The notes under the pieces are model-generated. The model saw only the letters and a program-made list of their open reading frames with translations. It was not told where the DNA came from and made no database searches. The translations under genes were made by a program, and so were the position numbers. A stretch of 57,480 bases of DNA from Octopus bimaculoides (lineage: Eukaryota): positions 132,701,446 through 132,758,925 of the forward strand of contig NC_068984.1 in NCBI RefSeq assembly GCF_001194135.2, in the 5' to 3' direction. Below are positions 36,261 to 48,490 of the stretch, in pieces (the first letter of the stretch is position 1; each line of letters starts with the position of its first letter).

Positions 36261-36356
36261 CTTGGTGTTGCGATAGGAACGTTTTGTAGAGATTTTAATG
36301 AAAAGACGGCTCATTTTAAACCTGGCATCCCAATGCGTACCAAAATCACTGTAAAT
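36261..36356 (+). CDS. MRPL11: MRPL11 exon 2 (LGVAIGTFCRDFNEKTAHFKPGIPMRTKITVN)
   Basis: TTTTCTACAG|...|GTAAGA; FC..FN..T motif of L11. Confidence 0.95.
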
Positions 36357-36574
36357 GTAAGATTATTTTCGTTTTATTATTGTTTTGTAAAAAAGATGCA
36401 ATTTACAGCTCTGTAATCTGGTACACTTCTGTTTAAACCATTTCACCACTGTTTTGCATATCTAAATAAATATTAAATGTTAACTTTTCATCTAGTTATG
36501 AATAATAACTAGTTATTAAAGAAACGTCTCCTCATAATTGAATCACTTTCAGTAGTTATTGATTATCATCATCA

Positions 36575-36862
36575 TCACCATCATTGTTTAATATCTATTT
36601 TCCATGCATGCATAGGTAGGACGGTTGACAGGATCTGGCCAGGTAGAAGACTACCCCAGACTACTGTGTCTGTTTTGGCAGGGTTTTTATGGTTGAATGC
36701 CCTTCCTAACACCAACCACTCTGCGGAGTAGACTGAGTGTTTTTTATGTAGCACTAGCACAGGCAAGGTTAGTTTTGGCATGATTTTACAGCTGGATGCC
36801 CTTCCAAATGCCAACCACTTTCCAGTGTGGACTGGATACTTTTTATGTGGTACCAGCACTGA
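36575..36862. mobile_element. Diverged RTE-tail-related repeats in MRPL11 intron 2
   Basis: ATCATCATC..TTTTCCATGCATGCATAGGT and two GGATGCCCTTCC..CCAACCACT cores. Confidence 0.65.
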
Positions 36863-37183
36863 TTAGCTTGTATAAAATAAGTCACATTGCTGGGAACTTT
36901 ATCTTTGACTTTAGTTGGGCTACATTTCAAAGAATGTGAAGGCATTGCATGTGTGAGGTGTTAACTATGTTGAGCAATAAGCCTAACAAAACTACTGGGT
37001 TATGTTAAGTCTATCACTATCACCTGTTTCTCAGGTACTTTTAATGGATTTCAGTCTTTTGTATGTATATAGCCCAGGCCCTTCGTCTGATTATTTTTCT
37101 TTTCAATTTTAATTATAAACTATTTTCTTGTGTGATATGAAAATATTTCTATTAATCAACTTATCCAATGTTTCATCTGTTAG

Positions 37184-37277
37184 CCTGATCGCAGTTACCA
37201 ACTTGAATTGATATCTCCACCAACAACATTTTTCCTCAAACAAGCAGCAGGCATAGAGAAAGCAGCTATGGTTGGAG
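37184..37277 (+). CDS. MRPL11: MRPL11 exon 3 (PDRSYQLELISPPTTFFLKQAAGIEKAAMVG)
   Basis: CATCTGTTAG|...GGA G|GTAAGA; phase 1. Confidence 0.95.
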
Positions 37278-37919
37278 GTAAGATATGTTTTATTTTGACT
37301 TAGTTTCTACAGTCATGTGTGTGTGTGTGTGTGTGTGTGGCTTTACCATTCAATGTCTGTTTTCCATGCTAGCATGGATTGGACGGTTTCATAGGAGTTG
37401 GCTTTCTAGAGGACTGTACAAAGCTCCTGTGTCTGTTTTGGGCATGGCTTCTATGGTTGGATGCTCTTCCTAATGCCAACCACTTTACAGAGTGTATTGG
37501 ATGTTTTTTACAGGCATTGGCACCGGTGAGGTCACCAAATAACTTGCAAAACAAAATTCCTCACTTTTTTGTTGATCACACCAATAACAGAACAGTACAT
37601 TTTATATATGTATATATATATTGTGTGTGTGTTTTCTTGATATCACATGATGGTTGTATACAACCATCGCCATCATGCTAGTGAGTTTCCAGTCTTCTGT
37701 AGAAAACATGTCTAGCTATGAGACAATATTATCTTGCTTGGAAACAGTTGAAAGTTGGCAACAGAAAGGACGTCTAGCTGTAAAAAGATTTACCTCAACA
37801 AATTCTGACTGAACCAGTTAAACAAAAGTGGATGTTAACTGATGATACTGGTTATTATTCAAAGACTGGTAATAAAAGATTTTATTACTTCTGAATAATT
37901 CCTTTTATTTTCATTTCAG

Positions 37920-38182
37920 GAGATGAAGTATCCGGGAAACTAACCTTAAAACATATTTATGAAATTGCTAAAATTAAAAGTGAAGATCCAGCTTTCTTAG
38001 GTCAAACCTTGCAGAACATTTGTAAGGGCCTTATTGGAACATGCCGGTCATGTGGCATTAAGGTTGTCCATTCACTAGATGTTGAGGAATATACTGCATT
38101 TTTGGAGGAGAGACATGCTTTTGTGAAAGCAGAAGAAGAGAGACTTGAAGAACTGAAGCAGGCAAAGATGTTACGAATATGA
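37920..38182 (+). CDS. MRPL11: MRPL11 exon 4 (GDEVSGKLTLKHIYEIAKIKSEDP...KQAKMLRI*)
   Basis: TTTTCATTTCAG| acceptor, phase compatible with exon 3; LKHIYEIAKIK and GTCRSCGIKVV motifs; total 203 aa. Confidence 0.95.
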
Positions 38183-38459
38183 GACATTGAGAAGAAAATA
38201 AAGTATTTTTTAAAAAAACAGAAAGGGATATATCTTAAATCTGTAATTTTCTACTGTTTGCTGGTGCAATTATAACATTTTGGAGAAAATTGCTCTTTTG
38301 AAAGAAAGCATCCTAACATGGGTATGACATGTTTTGGTATTGCTGACTTGTTTATGTTTTAATGTTGCTGTATATGTGTGTGTGTGTGTGTGTGCATATT
38401 TGTCTTTATGTGTATGAGGAGAGGGAAAGTGTTTATGGCAAATATGTTCAATTAATATA

Positions 38460-38993
38460 CAGGGTGTCCATAAAGTCATGGTGCAATGCTACAAAATTAC
38501 TCCATTTCTAAGCTCGAACAACCAGAACTGATAGAGAATACAATTTTTCAACAAGATGGTGCACCTTGTCACTTTGCTTTGCAGGTTAGGTAGTTTCTAA
38601 ATGAGAAATTCCCTAACAGATGGATTGAAAGAGGTGGACCATTATTTTGGCCTCCGTGTTCACCAGATTTGACTCCTTTGGATTTCTTTTTAAGGGGACA
38701 TGTGAAAACTATTGTTTATTCAACTGAGCATCAATCTTTAGAAGACTTGAAAGCTAGGATAATTGATGTGATTGAAGGTGTTATTGAAAATCAGCTGGAA
38801 AATTTTTTGTAAGAACTACAGAATCCTATTTCTCTTTGTATTAGTAATAATGGTAGATGTTGAAAATTAACAAGATATATAAAAAAATTTAGGTCATTCT
38901 TCTTTCTTATCCTTTTTTACAGATTAATTCTATCATATACAGTTACAAAGATATAAGTATTTCATATTACACCATTTCTTTAAGGATACCCTG
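38460..38993 (+). mobile_element. Internally deleted Tc1/mariner (maT/DD37D-like) element
   Basis: TA-CAGGGTGTCCATAAAG ... CTTTAAGGATACCCTG-TA; encodes FQQDGAPCH...WPPCSPDLTPLDFFL.GHVK. Confidence 0.9.
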
Positions 38994-39164
38994 TATAGTA
39001 ATGTCTCTGTCTCTCTCACTCTTTCTATATATATATATAAGTGTATATTTCTGCTTGTGTGTGTGTCTCCAGTGCCAAAAAGTACTGACACCAAAACAGG
39101 ATGAATATCCAGTCATCCAAAGTTCTAATGATTCTGCCAGCCTATAGCCTTTAATAATAATAAT

Positions 39165-39325
39165 AAACCCTTTCTACTATAGGCTCAAGGCCTGAAATAT
39201 GTGGGGAGGGAACTAGTTGATTACACCGATCCCAGTATTTCACTGGTACTTAATTTATTGACCCCAAAAGGATGAAAGGCAAAGTTAACCTCGACGGAAT
39301 TTGAACTCAGAACGTAAAGACTAGT
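39165..39325 (-). mobile_element. SINE family N
   Basis: CTGGTACTTAATTTATTGACCCCAAAAGGATGAAAGGCAAAGTTAACCTCGACGGAATTTGAACTCAGAACG. Confidence 0.8.
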
Positions 39326-39947
39326 GAAATTCTGTATATGTTAATGATTAGGAACATTATAAGCCTACTGTATTTCAATTAACTACATTAGTGGCATATT
39401 CTGATCCAATCGACTACTGATTTGTCACATTTTATTCAGATGGTACACATATTAGTATATTTGGATAGTACTCACATACCATATCTCTGAGCTGGAGTTA
39501 ATGAAAACAGAAGCTTTTATATACGTTCCTTACTCCAGATTTAGTTATTTTCCTTCACAAACTTTTTCATACTCACCTCTTTGTGTGTATTGGCTGTAGT
39601 GATAAGGGCATTTGCAATACAGAGCTCAAGTTCAAAGTTTGTGGTTTTTCTATTACAATTCCTTGTAACCCAACTAAATATACATGTCACTCTCACTTCA
39701 AGTTTGTTTGCTTAGTAACAGGAAAGATAATTGTACAAATACATGCTCTAACAATGAGCATATCTCCAGATAGAAACTTGATATATGTGACAAGTAATGC
39801 AATATCAAAGGCTTTAGAGCCTTTGACTGTACTGCCTGTCAGTTTAACTAGTTTTACACCAAGGTCAACTAGTTACATTACTGAAATGGTGTCACCAGAG
39901 CCTCCTTACATCTAATGATAGCAATGAAAGGTATCTGTTGATTAGAC

Positions 39948-40216
39948 ATCATCGTTTAACGTCCGCTTTCCATGCTAGCATGGGTTGGACGATTTGACCG
40001 AGGACTGGTGAATCAGATGGCTACACCAGGCTCCAATCTGATTTGGCAGAGTTTCTACAGCTGGATGCCCTTCCTAATGCCAACCACTCCGAGCGTGTAG
40101 TGGGTGCTTTTACATGCCACCAACACGAAGGCCAATCAGGAGGTACTGGCAACTGCCACGCTCGAAATGGTGTATTTTACATGCCACCTGCACAGGAGCC
40201 AGTCCAGCAGTACTGG
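39948..40216 (-). mobile_element. RTE 3' end copy
   Basis: CATCATCGTTTAACGTCCGCTTTCCATGCTAGCATGGGTTGGACG... Confidence 0.9.
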
Positions 40217-40939
40217 CAAAAATTAATTCACAAAATATGAGATAAAGTGGGTTTTTTAGAAATCCTATGAATTTACCTTCATGTATTGTAAGACAAGTGA
40301 AACTAATTACTGTCATCTTCTGGCTACACTCACCATTGTATTGCTCGTGAACCGTACCAAATAAAGTAGTGATGTTGCTTTCTAAGTTGTGCTTACACAT
40401 AGTACCCATATGTAATGCAATAGATTGGTCAGTATTAAGACTGTTGATACAGAATGACTAAGCTGACATGTATCAATAGTTTTTCATCACAAGTCTTGAA
40501 ACAGTTAGTTGTAGTAGCTTGCCTAGTGTTGTGAGGCCCTAGGTTGTGCTTTTATGAAATGATTATTTGTGGCACAAGCTTTGGAGATAAATTATTAAGC
40601 TACCACTTTTGGTATAAATGCAATGTTGTTACCAATTGGAACTCAAACAAACCATTCACTGTTTTGTCAAAGAGAAAATTTCTCATTGTAGACAAATATT
40701 GATTTTTTTCCTCCATCACAAAATACAGTGAATGGCTTTACAAATTCGAACTTGTCACTGGTAATAACATTGCATTTATACACATCACTGCTTAGTGCTC
40801 CTACCTCGTACTTTTGGTATGTCTTTGGCTAATACAACTGGTGTCTTTATTTCTTCTCCAATAATCTTTTAAACTCAGCAATGCAGAAATTAGCTGTACA
40901 CCAAGTTATCCATTTACAATGTGAACTGAACCGGCTGGA

Positions 40940-41277
40940 GTTGTCTTTTTCCAGCCCTAAGATACTTACTGCTGACAATGATGGACTCTCCTATTGAAGA
41001 CAACACGTGTGTGTTCAGCTTTTGCTGAATGACCTGCACAAATGATTGGTTTATAGTGATCAAATGTTTGCACCACACATCAGCTCACTCTCTCTATCAA
41101 ACTGACATCTGAACAGATGCACTGTGTACCACGCACCAGGTGCTGAATTGATCACAGACTAATGCAAGATGATGTGTTTTGCTCAAATGCACAATGCCCT
41201 GCCTGGTTGAAGAACTGAAATCATGATCTAATGATTGGGGGTGCAACATCCTAACCACTAGGCCATGGGCCCTCGCT
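40940..41277 (-). mobile_element. tRNA-derived SINE, family C-like (diverged)
   Basis: Minus strand begins TGGCCTAGTGGTTAGGATGTTGCAC...TTGAGCAAAACAC. Confidence 0.55.
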
Positions 41278-41508
41278 GTTCACAGTACACTCCTTAAATC
41301 TAATAACTTGTTCAACTAAATTAAGCTTTATCTTAACACATATTTCACAATATTTTAACCAGGTCTCATGGTCTTTCTCTTAGTAGACAAATCCCAAAAA
41401 TACATGCTTTATTTCTTACAATACCATCAGTCTCTACAGTGTAATTCTAATATTGTTCTTTTAATGATTAGGTACAAGGTCACACCCACCACCACAAAGT
41501 CCAATCCT

Positions 41509-41699
41509 TGTGGCATTAAGGTTGTCCATTCACTAGATGTTGAGGAATATACTGCATTTTTGGAGGAGAGACATGCTTTTGTGAAAGCAGAAGAGAGACT
41601 TGAAGAACTGAAGCAGGCAAAGATGTTACGAATATGAGACATAGAGAAGAAAATAGAATATTTTTTTAAGAAGAAAGGGATATATCTTAACTCTGTAAT
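41509..41699 (+). pseudogene. MRPL11: Partial duplicate of MRPL11 exon 4 3' half plus proximal 3' UTR
   Basis: Matches 38051-38247; coding part is identical except for one GAA deletion, ending at the same TGA (41635-41637). Confidence 0.9.
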
Positions 41700-42062
41700 G
41701 ACCCTGAGTGCCACGCTAGCAGATTGCAAGCTCCTGGAAGGGCCTTTCATGCTGGACAGGTGACAGGACCGAGGCCAGACTAATATGGACCACCTATCCT
41801 CAAAGATAAAAATGGGTCTGAATAGGGCCACTGCCCCTTCCTGGGTAAAAGCAAAGTTGCAGAAGCTTCACTGACAATTCAAGACCAACAAAATCTGTGA
41901 GAAGAAGGCCTTCTTTCAGGGAAACATCTCCAGATACACAGATGGAGGTCTCCTCCGCCCTATTACTTAGGGAGTAGTTTTGACAACCCAGAGTCATAAA
42001 CAGTGAAGAAAAGATGTTGATAGCCTATGCTCCAAAGGGAGAAAAGGGCGTGAGTAAGTAAC
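41700..42062 (+). mobile_element. GC-richer RTE-like internally deleted element
   Basis: GGCCAGACTAA...GGGTAAAAGCAAAGTTGCAGAAGC resembles RTE 5' UTRs; GATAGCCTATGCTCC...GTGAGTAAGTAA resembles RTE 3' ends (from recall). Confidence 0.4.
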
Positions 42063-43058
42063 AAGGCCACACATTCCAAAAGGAGGGTGGATATAGTTGA
42101 TTGAAACCACCCTTGCAGTGCTTTTTTATGTGCTTTTCAAATGGCACCTTGGTTTTAGAATCTCAGTTCTACTGTGGTGGGCAAATTAAAAAAAAAAAAA
42201 AAAAATCAAAAAAAGAAGCAGTATCAAATGAAAATTGATTTTTCTCATTGATATTTTATAATGATGTGTTGTAAGACACCAGATTGTTACTAACACCAGA
42301 AGGAAGAGAAAAATCAACACTCATTCTATGTATATAATATAAACAAGCCTGTAAGAAATTAAAACGATATGTATATTAAATATACACACACACAGCCATG
42401 AAACTCAGAAGCAAAAACAACACCTTGCTACTGTCACTATTTAATGTCTCAACATCAATATATGAAATTTATTTTGGTGACAGTTTAAAAGTTGTTCAGT
42501 ATTAAAACATATTTTTTTTTCTTTAGTAGTTTGAAAACAACCAAAATTGTAATTCAATGTTGAAAGATGATTCGCTTCACTCAGTGAAATTCTTGTAGTT
42601 GTCATTTTAATATATTCAGTACTTGATTTGGATTCTCACAGGGAATTACAAATCGGGCACTTTTATATTTCCTGGCACGCAATCACTTAAAGATATATAA
42701 ATTTTTTTTTTGTTGTTGAAAATTCTATAGGAATAATGAAATGATAGCAACAGGGGATGGGGACTATTTCTTGGAATCAACATGGATAACACTTTGATTA
42801 ACATTCTTTGACTTGATAAAATATATATTATAAATGATACAAACAGGGAAAAAAAAAAATTACAAAAAAAAAAAAAAAAAAAAAANNNNNNNNNNNNNNN
42901 NNNNNNNNNNNNNNNNNNNNNNNNNNNNNNNNNNNNNNNNNNNNNNNNNNNNNNNNNNNNNNNNNNNNNNNNNNNNNNNNNNNNNNNNNNNNNNNNNNNN
43001 NNNNNNNNNNNNNNNNNNNNNNNNNNNNNNNNNNNNNNNNNNNNNNNNNNNNNNNNNN

Positions 43059-43097
<39 letters not shown>

Positions 43098-43469
43098 GAA
43101 AGTACACAAAATTTAAATAAGAAGTACACAAAAATATAAAATAAATTACACTCATTGATTATATGGAAGATCCATCACAGACTGGGATTGAAATTTCATT
43201 ATTTGTGAAACAAACTTCTTACTCTAGTCCTTTAAAAATAATCTCCTATCGACATTCCCAATTAGTTGCAGTTAAATAGCTTTAAAAGAAAGAAAAATAT
43301 ATTCACTGAATAAAATAACTTAGCATAAAATATCTGTTTTTATTTGCATGATAGATATTTTCCTAAAACTGTATCAGTGTTATTTAAAGAAAACTTTCCT
43401 TAAGATCACTATTTCAATTAGTTACCTTCTAAATACTTTAGAACAGCCATCCCAATCAACAACTGAGAC

Positions 43470-43695
43470 ATCGAGCCAATGAGGGAACCTTTACATGGTC
43501 ACTCTACCTGCTATAAATAGCAGCTAAATTCCATCGAAGAACAATACCCTAGCATTTTAAATGTGGAAAGAACTTACTGGACAATGTAGTCCTATGCACC
43601 TCTAAAAAGACGGGGCTGATTATGGGTGGAACATCTCTGATCATAGGTCTGGGCTGATTGGGGGTGGGGTAGGCTAAACAATAACAACAACAACG
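43470..43695 (+). mobile_element. SINE-like family with (CAA)n tail
   Basis: TGATCATAGGTCT...GCTAAACAATAACAACAAC; related copies at about 12075-12280 and about 46790-46940. Confidence 0.55.
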
Positions 43696-44910
43696 ATTGA
43701 GACAGTGGCAAAACAGTTATATATGTTATTCAACAGAGAAACCATTCAAAGAATTTGAAGGCTTGAATTTAGCAACGAGAAACAAAATTTAGAATGAGAA
43801 AAAATTAAATAAATTTCAAATCGAATCCAAAATAAACTGGCTGTGAAATTTGCTTTGAAGAGAGAAATTCTATTTTATGCAACTAAGCTAAAGCAAAATG
43901 CATTCTCAACATTGCAGTTTGGTTTTACCAAAGTTGTTTGAAACAAAGAGCACAAAAAGGATCAGCAAAGACCATGAATTCAACACCACAAGAAACCTGA
44001 TGCATTTATTTTATTGAATTATTTTCAATTAATTTAAAAGAAAATAGGAATTCAATAGATTAGAAAAAGAATGCAAAATGTACTCCCCCCCCCCACTCCA
44101 TTTTGCTCCAAAAAGTTTCTCATTTTCACAGCTGTCAAAAACTGTGATGAATGCAGCCTAATCAAACGTATCCTGGTTTATGTACATATGAACCATAGCC
44201 TAATTTTAGTACACAGCTAAGGAGAGAGGTAGGTCTACACCGTTAGAAAGATACACTGAAAATATAACCCAACTGTTAGCTAGAAGTGTGGAGTCCTAAA
44301 TGGTGAGGAAGCAGTGCCAGTTACTGACGAAGTATGAAATGACTGAGACAAAATACATTTCTGAGTATTAGCAAATGAATTTTTTTTTCTTCTTTAAATA
44401 AAAACATACACATGTGAATTCTGCCCCCAAATGAGAAGACAATCTAACCAACAGGAACACCTTAAAGTAAGCTGAGTGCAGCTTCTGAAAGAATAACACC
44501 ATTTGCATCTCCTACTGGGCTAGCTAGTTTTCGTATCTTCAGTTCACATCAGATAGAGCCATATTAAATGGGGGGGAAATCCAGTGTGATCAGAGCTACA
44601 GAAAACTGGGACAAATCAGTTGGTTTAAGGAAACAGAAAACTGTTTCTTATATACTTATGTCATTTTGTTTTATATTTTGAATATATTACCGTTGATGTT
44701 AATAACATATAACTGACAGCAGCTGTAACTCTTAAGCACAGCTTGGTGAACTGTAATGACAAGATTTTCATGTACTGAGCCATGATAAATTGGATCAACC
44801 TGCCAGGAGTTCTGTTCATGAAGTAGTAATAGCTATGTGGAAATACAAAATATTTTCATGCTGTCAAAGAAAAATAAAGGCCAGAGCCCGTCAAGAATAA
44901 TTTATTCCTT

Positions 44911-45048
44911 TCATTTCAACCAGAGTTTTAACCGTAAAGCATCCACTCCATTCAAATAATATCGAAAAAGCCGTTTATCTCTTACAAATCCGAGATTTTC
45001 ATATAGTTTAAGAGCAGCTTTGTTTGTGATTTCAGTCTCTAATACCAC
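44911..45048 (-). CDS. NAA30: N-alpha-acetyltransferase 30 (NatC catalytic subunit), last coding exon
   Basis: TTTTCTAG|[45 protein letters not shown]; Mak3/NAA30 C-terminal signature. Confidence 0.96.
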   Translation of the reverse strand: MVLETEITNKAALKLYENLGFVRDKRLFRYYLNGVDALRLKLWLK

Positions 45049-45080
45049 CTAGAAAAGACAAAAAAAAAAANNNNNNNNNN

Positions 45081-45118
<38 letters not shown>

Positions 45119-45369
45119 AAAAAATTTATATCTTGGTTTAACAAAAAAAACAAACAAAATATCAAAGTATTTTCAATTGATGCTCAACTACTAAATCTGT
45201 CAATATCTAACAATAACAATTACATACATACACAGATCCTCCCAGGGAATTAAAGGAAAAAAAAAACCCTACAAAACATTCATTTTATGTTAGTAATAAA
45301 CATATTTTGCCACCAATGGTCCAACCAGAAATATTTTAATATTTATGTTAATAATAATAATTATATGAT

Positions 45370-46122
45370 GCCTGTGTGCGAACAGCCATGCTACACAGCA
45401 GTGAAACATGGGTTGTGACTGCTAAGGACATGCATAGGTTTGTAAGAAATGAAGCTAGTATGCTTTGCTGGATGTGTAGTGTCAGTGTGCATAAGAGGCA
45501 TCAGATGTGATGTGCAAGAGAGACGGTCCTGCACTGATATGGTCCTGTGATGCATGTGGATGAGGACAGCTGTGTGAAGAAGGGCTGCACTCTAATGGTG
45601 GAGGGAACTTGTTGAAGAGGTAGATCCAGGAAGACATGGGACGAAGTGGTGAAGCATAATCTTCAAATGTTGGGCCTCATGGAGGCAATGAGAAGTGACT
45701 GAGACCTTTGGCAGTATGCTATTCTTGAGAAGACCTCTCAGGCCAAGTGAATTCTAGTCATGGCTGATGCCAGTGCCGCGTGACTGGCACCTATGCTGGT
45801 GACATATAAAAAGCACCATTCGAATGTTGGGCCTCACAAATGCAGTGACAGGTGGCCAAGATCTTCGATGATATATTGTGCTTGAGAAAACATGTCAAAC
45901 CAAGTGAGATCATACCCATGACCGATGCCAGTGTCATGTAACTGGCATGTAAAAAGCACCCATGACACTCTTAGAGTGGTTGGCATTAGGAAGGGCATCC
46001 AGCTGTAGAAACCATGCCATATCAGATTGGAACCTAGTGCAACTCCCTGGTTTATCAGTTCTTAGTTGAACCATTAAACCCATGCTAGCATGGAAAACAG
46101 ACGTATGATCTATGATGATGAT
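45370..46122 (+). mobile_element. Older RTE LINE 3' fragment
   Basis: Degenerate ..WYG.VMHVDEDSCVKK..GR.RKTW.EVV, then 3' UTR modules and a GATGAT tail. Confidence 0.85.
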
Positions 46123-46124
46123 GA

Positions 46125-46345
46125 ATATTGGTTTCAAATTTTAGCACAAAGCAAGCAATTTAGGTGGGGAGGGAAGAGTGTAAATCTATTATATTAACCC
46201 CAGTATTCAGTTGGTACTTATTTTATCAACCCTGAAAGGATAAAAAGCAAAATTGAGCTCGGCAGAATTTGAACTCAGAACACAAAGACGGTGAAATGCT
46301 TCTAAGCATTTTGCCCAGCATCTTAACAATTCTGCCAGCTTATCA
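46125..46345 (-). mobile_element. SINE family N
   Basis: TTGGTACTTATTTTATCAACCCTGAAAGGATAAAAAGCAAA...GAATTTGAACTCAGAAC...TTCTGCCAGCT, flanked by (AAT)n. Confidence 0.8.
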
Positions 46346-46939
46346 ATAATAATAATGATGATATTAATAAATTAATTTGACAGATAACCAGTCAAAGTGG
46401 CTGGTGAGGTAAACCGGTTGAACAATGGTTGGCAAAATACATTCAATGCTAACATGAAACCAAAGGTCCTGGCTTCTTTCAGGTCATTATTATTAATGCA
46501 CACACTGACTCATACAGACAACAGACTTAGACACAGTTTCTATAAACCAAATTGAATTCTCGGGCTTTAGTCAAACTTTTATGTTGTACATAGTTTAATA
46601 AAAGTCACAATAAAATTTTAAAAAAAAGGCATGATGCAAGACTGAAGATGTAATTCACCTCTAGCAGGATTAGAGGAACAGAATTTAAATACAATGACAG
46701 TAAAAGAGACAGACATATGTGTATAAGACAATAATGAACAAAGATGTTAAAATAAGTCAATGACATGAGTGCTGTTGTTGTTTGACCTGCTTGAAATAAT
46801 AGCCAATGCTCCCCATGCCTTTAAACAAAAAAAGACATATTTAATATGGTAGTTTCAGATACAATATACATAAATATAAGACTGGAAGGCCCTTGATCAT
46901 AGGTGTACTCAACCAGAGGTTATCTAGAGTTAAATATCA

Positions 46940-47335
46940 TCATTGTTGTTTAATGTCCACTTTTCCAAGCCTCCATTGATCAGACGGAATTTAATGACTT
47001 AGATTTCCCATAGCGAGATGCCTTTCCTGTTTCCAAGTAAGGCAATATTTCCCATGGCTGACATGTTCTTCACAGAAGACTAGAAGCAAATAACATTGCT
47101 TGTATGATAGTGAGGCTTGCTTATAAAACAACACATGTCAGGACAAAATTACACACACATGCACATATGCATGCGTGTATGTATGAGGCTTCTTTCAGTT
47201 TCTGACTACCAAGTCCATTCACAAGGCTTTGGGTGGCTGGGCTATGGTAGAAGACACTTGTCCAAGGTGCTGCACAGCGAGACTGAATCTAAGAACAGAT
47301 GGTTTGGAAGCAAGCTTCTTGACTCACAGCCATGT
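46940..47335 (-). mobile_element. SINE-like family D followed by a SINE family B fragment
   Basis: ATCATCATTGTTGTTTAATGTCCACTTTTCC... then CTTTCAGTTTC..ACAAGGCTTTGG..GAAGACACTTGTCC. Confidence 0.7.
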
Positions 47336-48099
47336 TTGTTATATTTATGTGTGTGTGTGTGTATATATATATATTGTACAGAATGAAGTTAAAACTTATG
47401 TACTTTATGAACACAACTATAAGTAGGTAATTTGAAGCTTGTATCAGAATTACAAGTTTTACCAGATGTGGCTCTACTAGAAAGTTACTTTAACAATAGT
47501 ATTACCAACAAAACTTGAAGTCTCTTCTAGATCTTTGCTCTGCAACCTTTCAATGTGTAAGTGAGCTATTGTCCTACTTATTTCAATGAAATCACAAGTT
47601 AAATAATGACAATTCATTACTCTAATAGCCAGCAATAGCTTAAATTATCTACTTCAAACTCAAAGTAATTGTCTCCCTTAGCCATATTTTAGTTTGATGA
47701 TCTTCCATGAGACATCAAGCATTGTAATTTAAAGAATTCTTCTTCAGATTTACATCCATTTATCCATGCTTTGTATAGGTGACACATTTTATTTGTACTT
47801 GTTTGTCGAATTTCAATCAAACAAACTGGAGCAAGCAGAGTTGGACGTCTTGCTGACACAATGATAAAAGTAGAATTTTAACTTACGACCATGTTGACAG
47901 ATGTCCAACACAGTAAATTGCTATATGATCTATATAATACACACATGCAATCAATCCAATATATTATACCACACACACACACGCACACATAATTTACATT
48001 AATTTAACTATTTATTTAGGTCAGATAAAGACAAACAACAGAGTGACAAACTAAACACCTTATGACACCTTATTTATTACCCTGCTTTACATAATAACC

Positions 48100-48490
48100 A
48101 TCATCAATTAATGTCCACTTTTCCATGCTTGCATGGGTCAGACAAGTTGCTGAGGTAGATTTTCTACAGCCAGATGCCTTTCCTGTTGCCAACCCTCACC
48201 TGTTTTCAAGCAAGGTAATATTTCCCTATGGCCAGACCCGTTTTTCATGGAAAACTGGAAATGAACAACTACATTTGTATGATGATGGTGCTCATTTACA
48301 TCCATCACATGATGTCTAGACAAGGACACACAAAAACATACATGTACATATATATGACAAGCTTTTTTTCCAGTTTTTGTCAACCAAATCCACTCACAAA
48401 GCTTTGGTCGACTCAGGTGCCGCACAGTAAACCTGAACCCAGCACCACATGGTTAGGATGCAATCTTCTTAACCACACAGCCATGCCTGT
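48100..48490 (-). mobile_element. SINE-like family D followed by a SINE family B fragment
   Basis: Same D-then-B arrangement as at 46940. Confidence 0.75.

Noticed and set aside
41427-41831. 134-aa minus-strand ORF
   Set aside because: Antisense shadow of the MRPL11 duplicate (same as 38002-38187).
42646-43155. Poly-Phe and poly-Lys ORFs; possible retrocopy poly(A) tail
   Set aside because: Homopolymers flanking an N gap; no retrocopy body or TSD seen.
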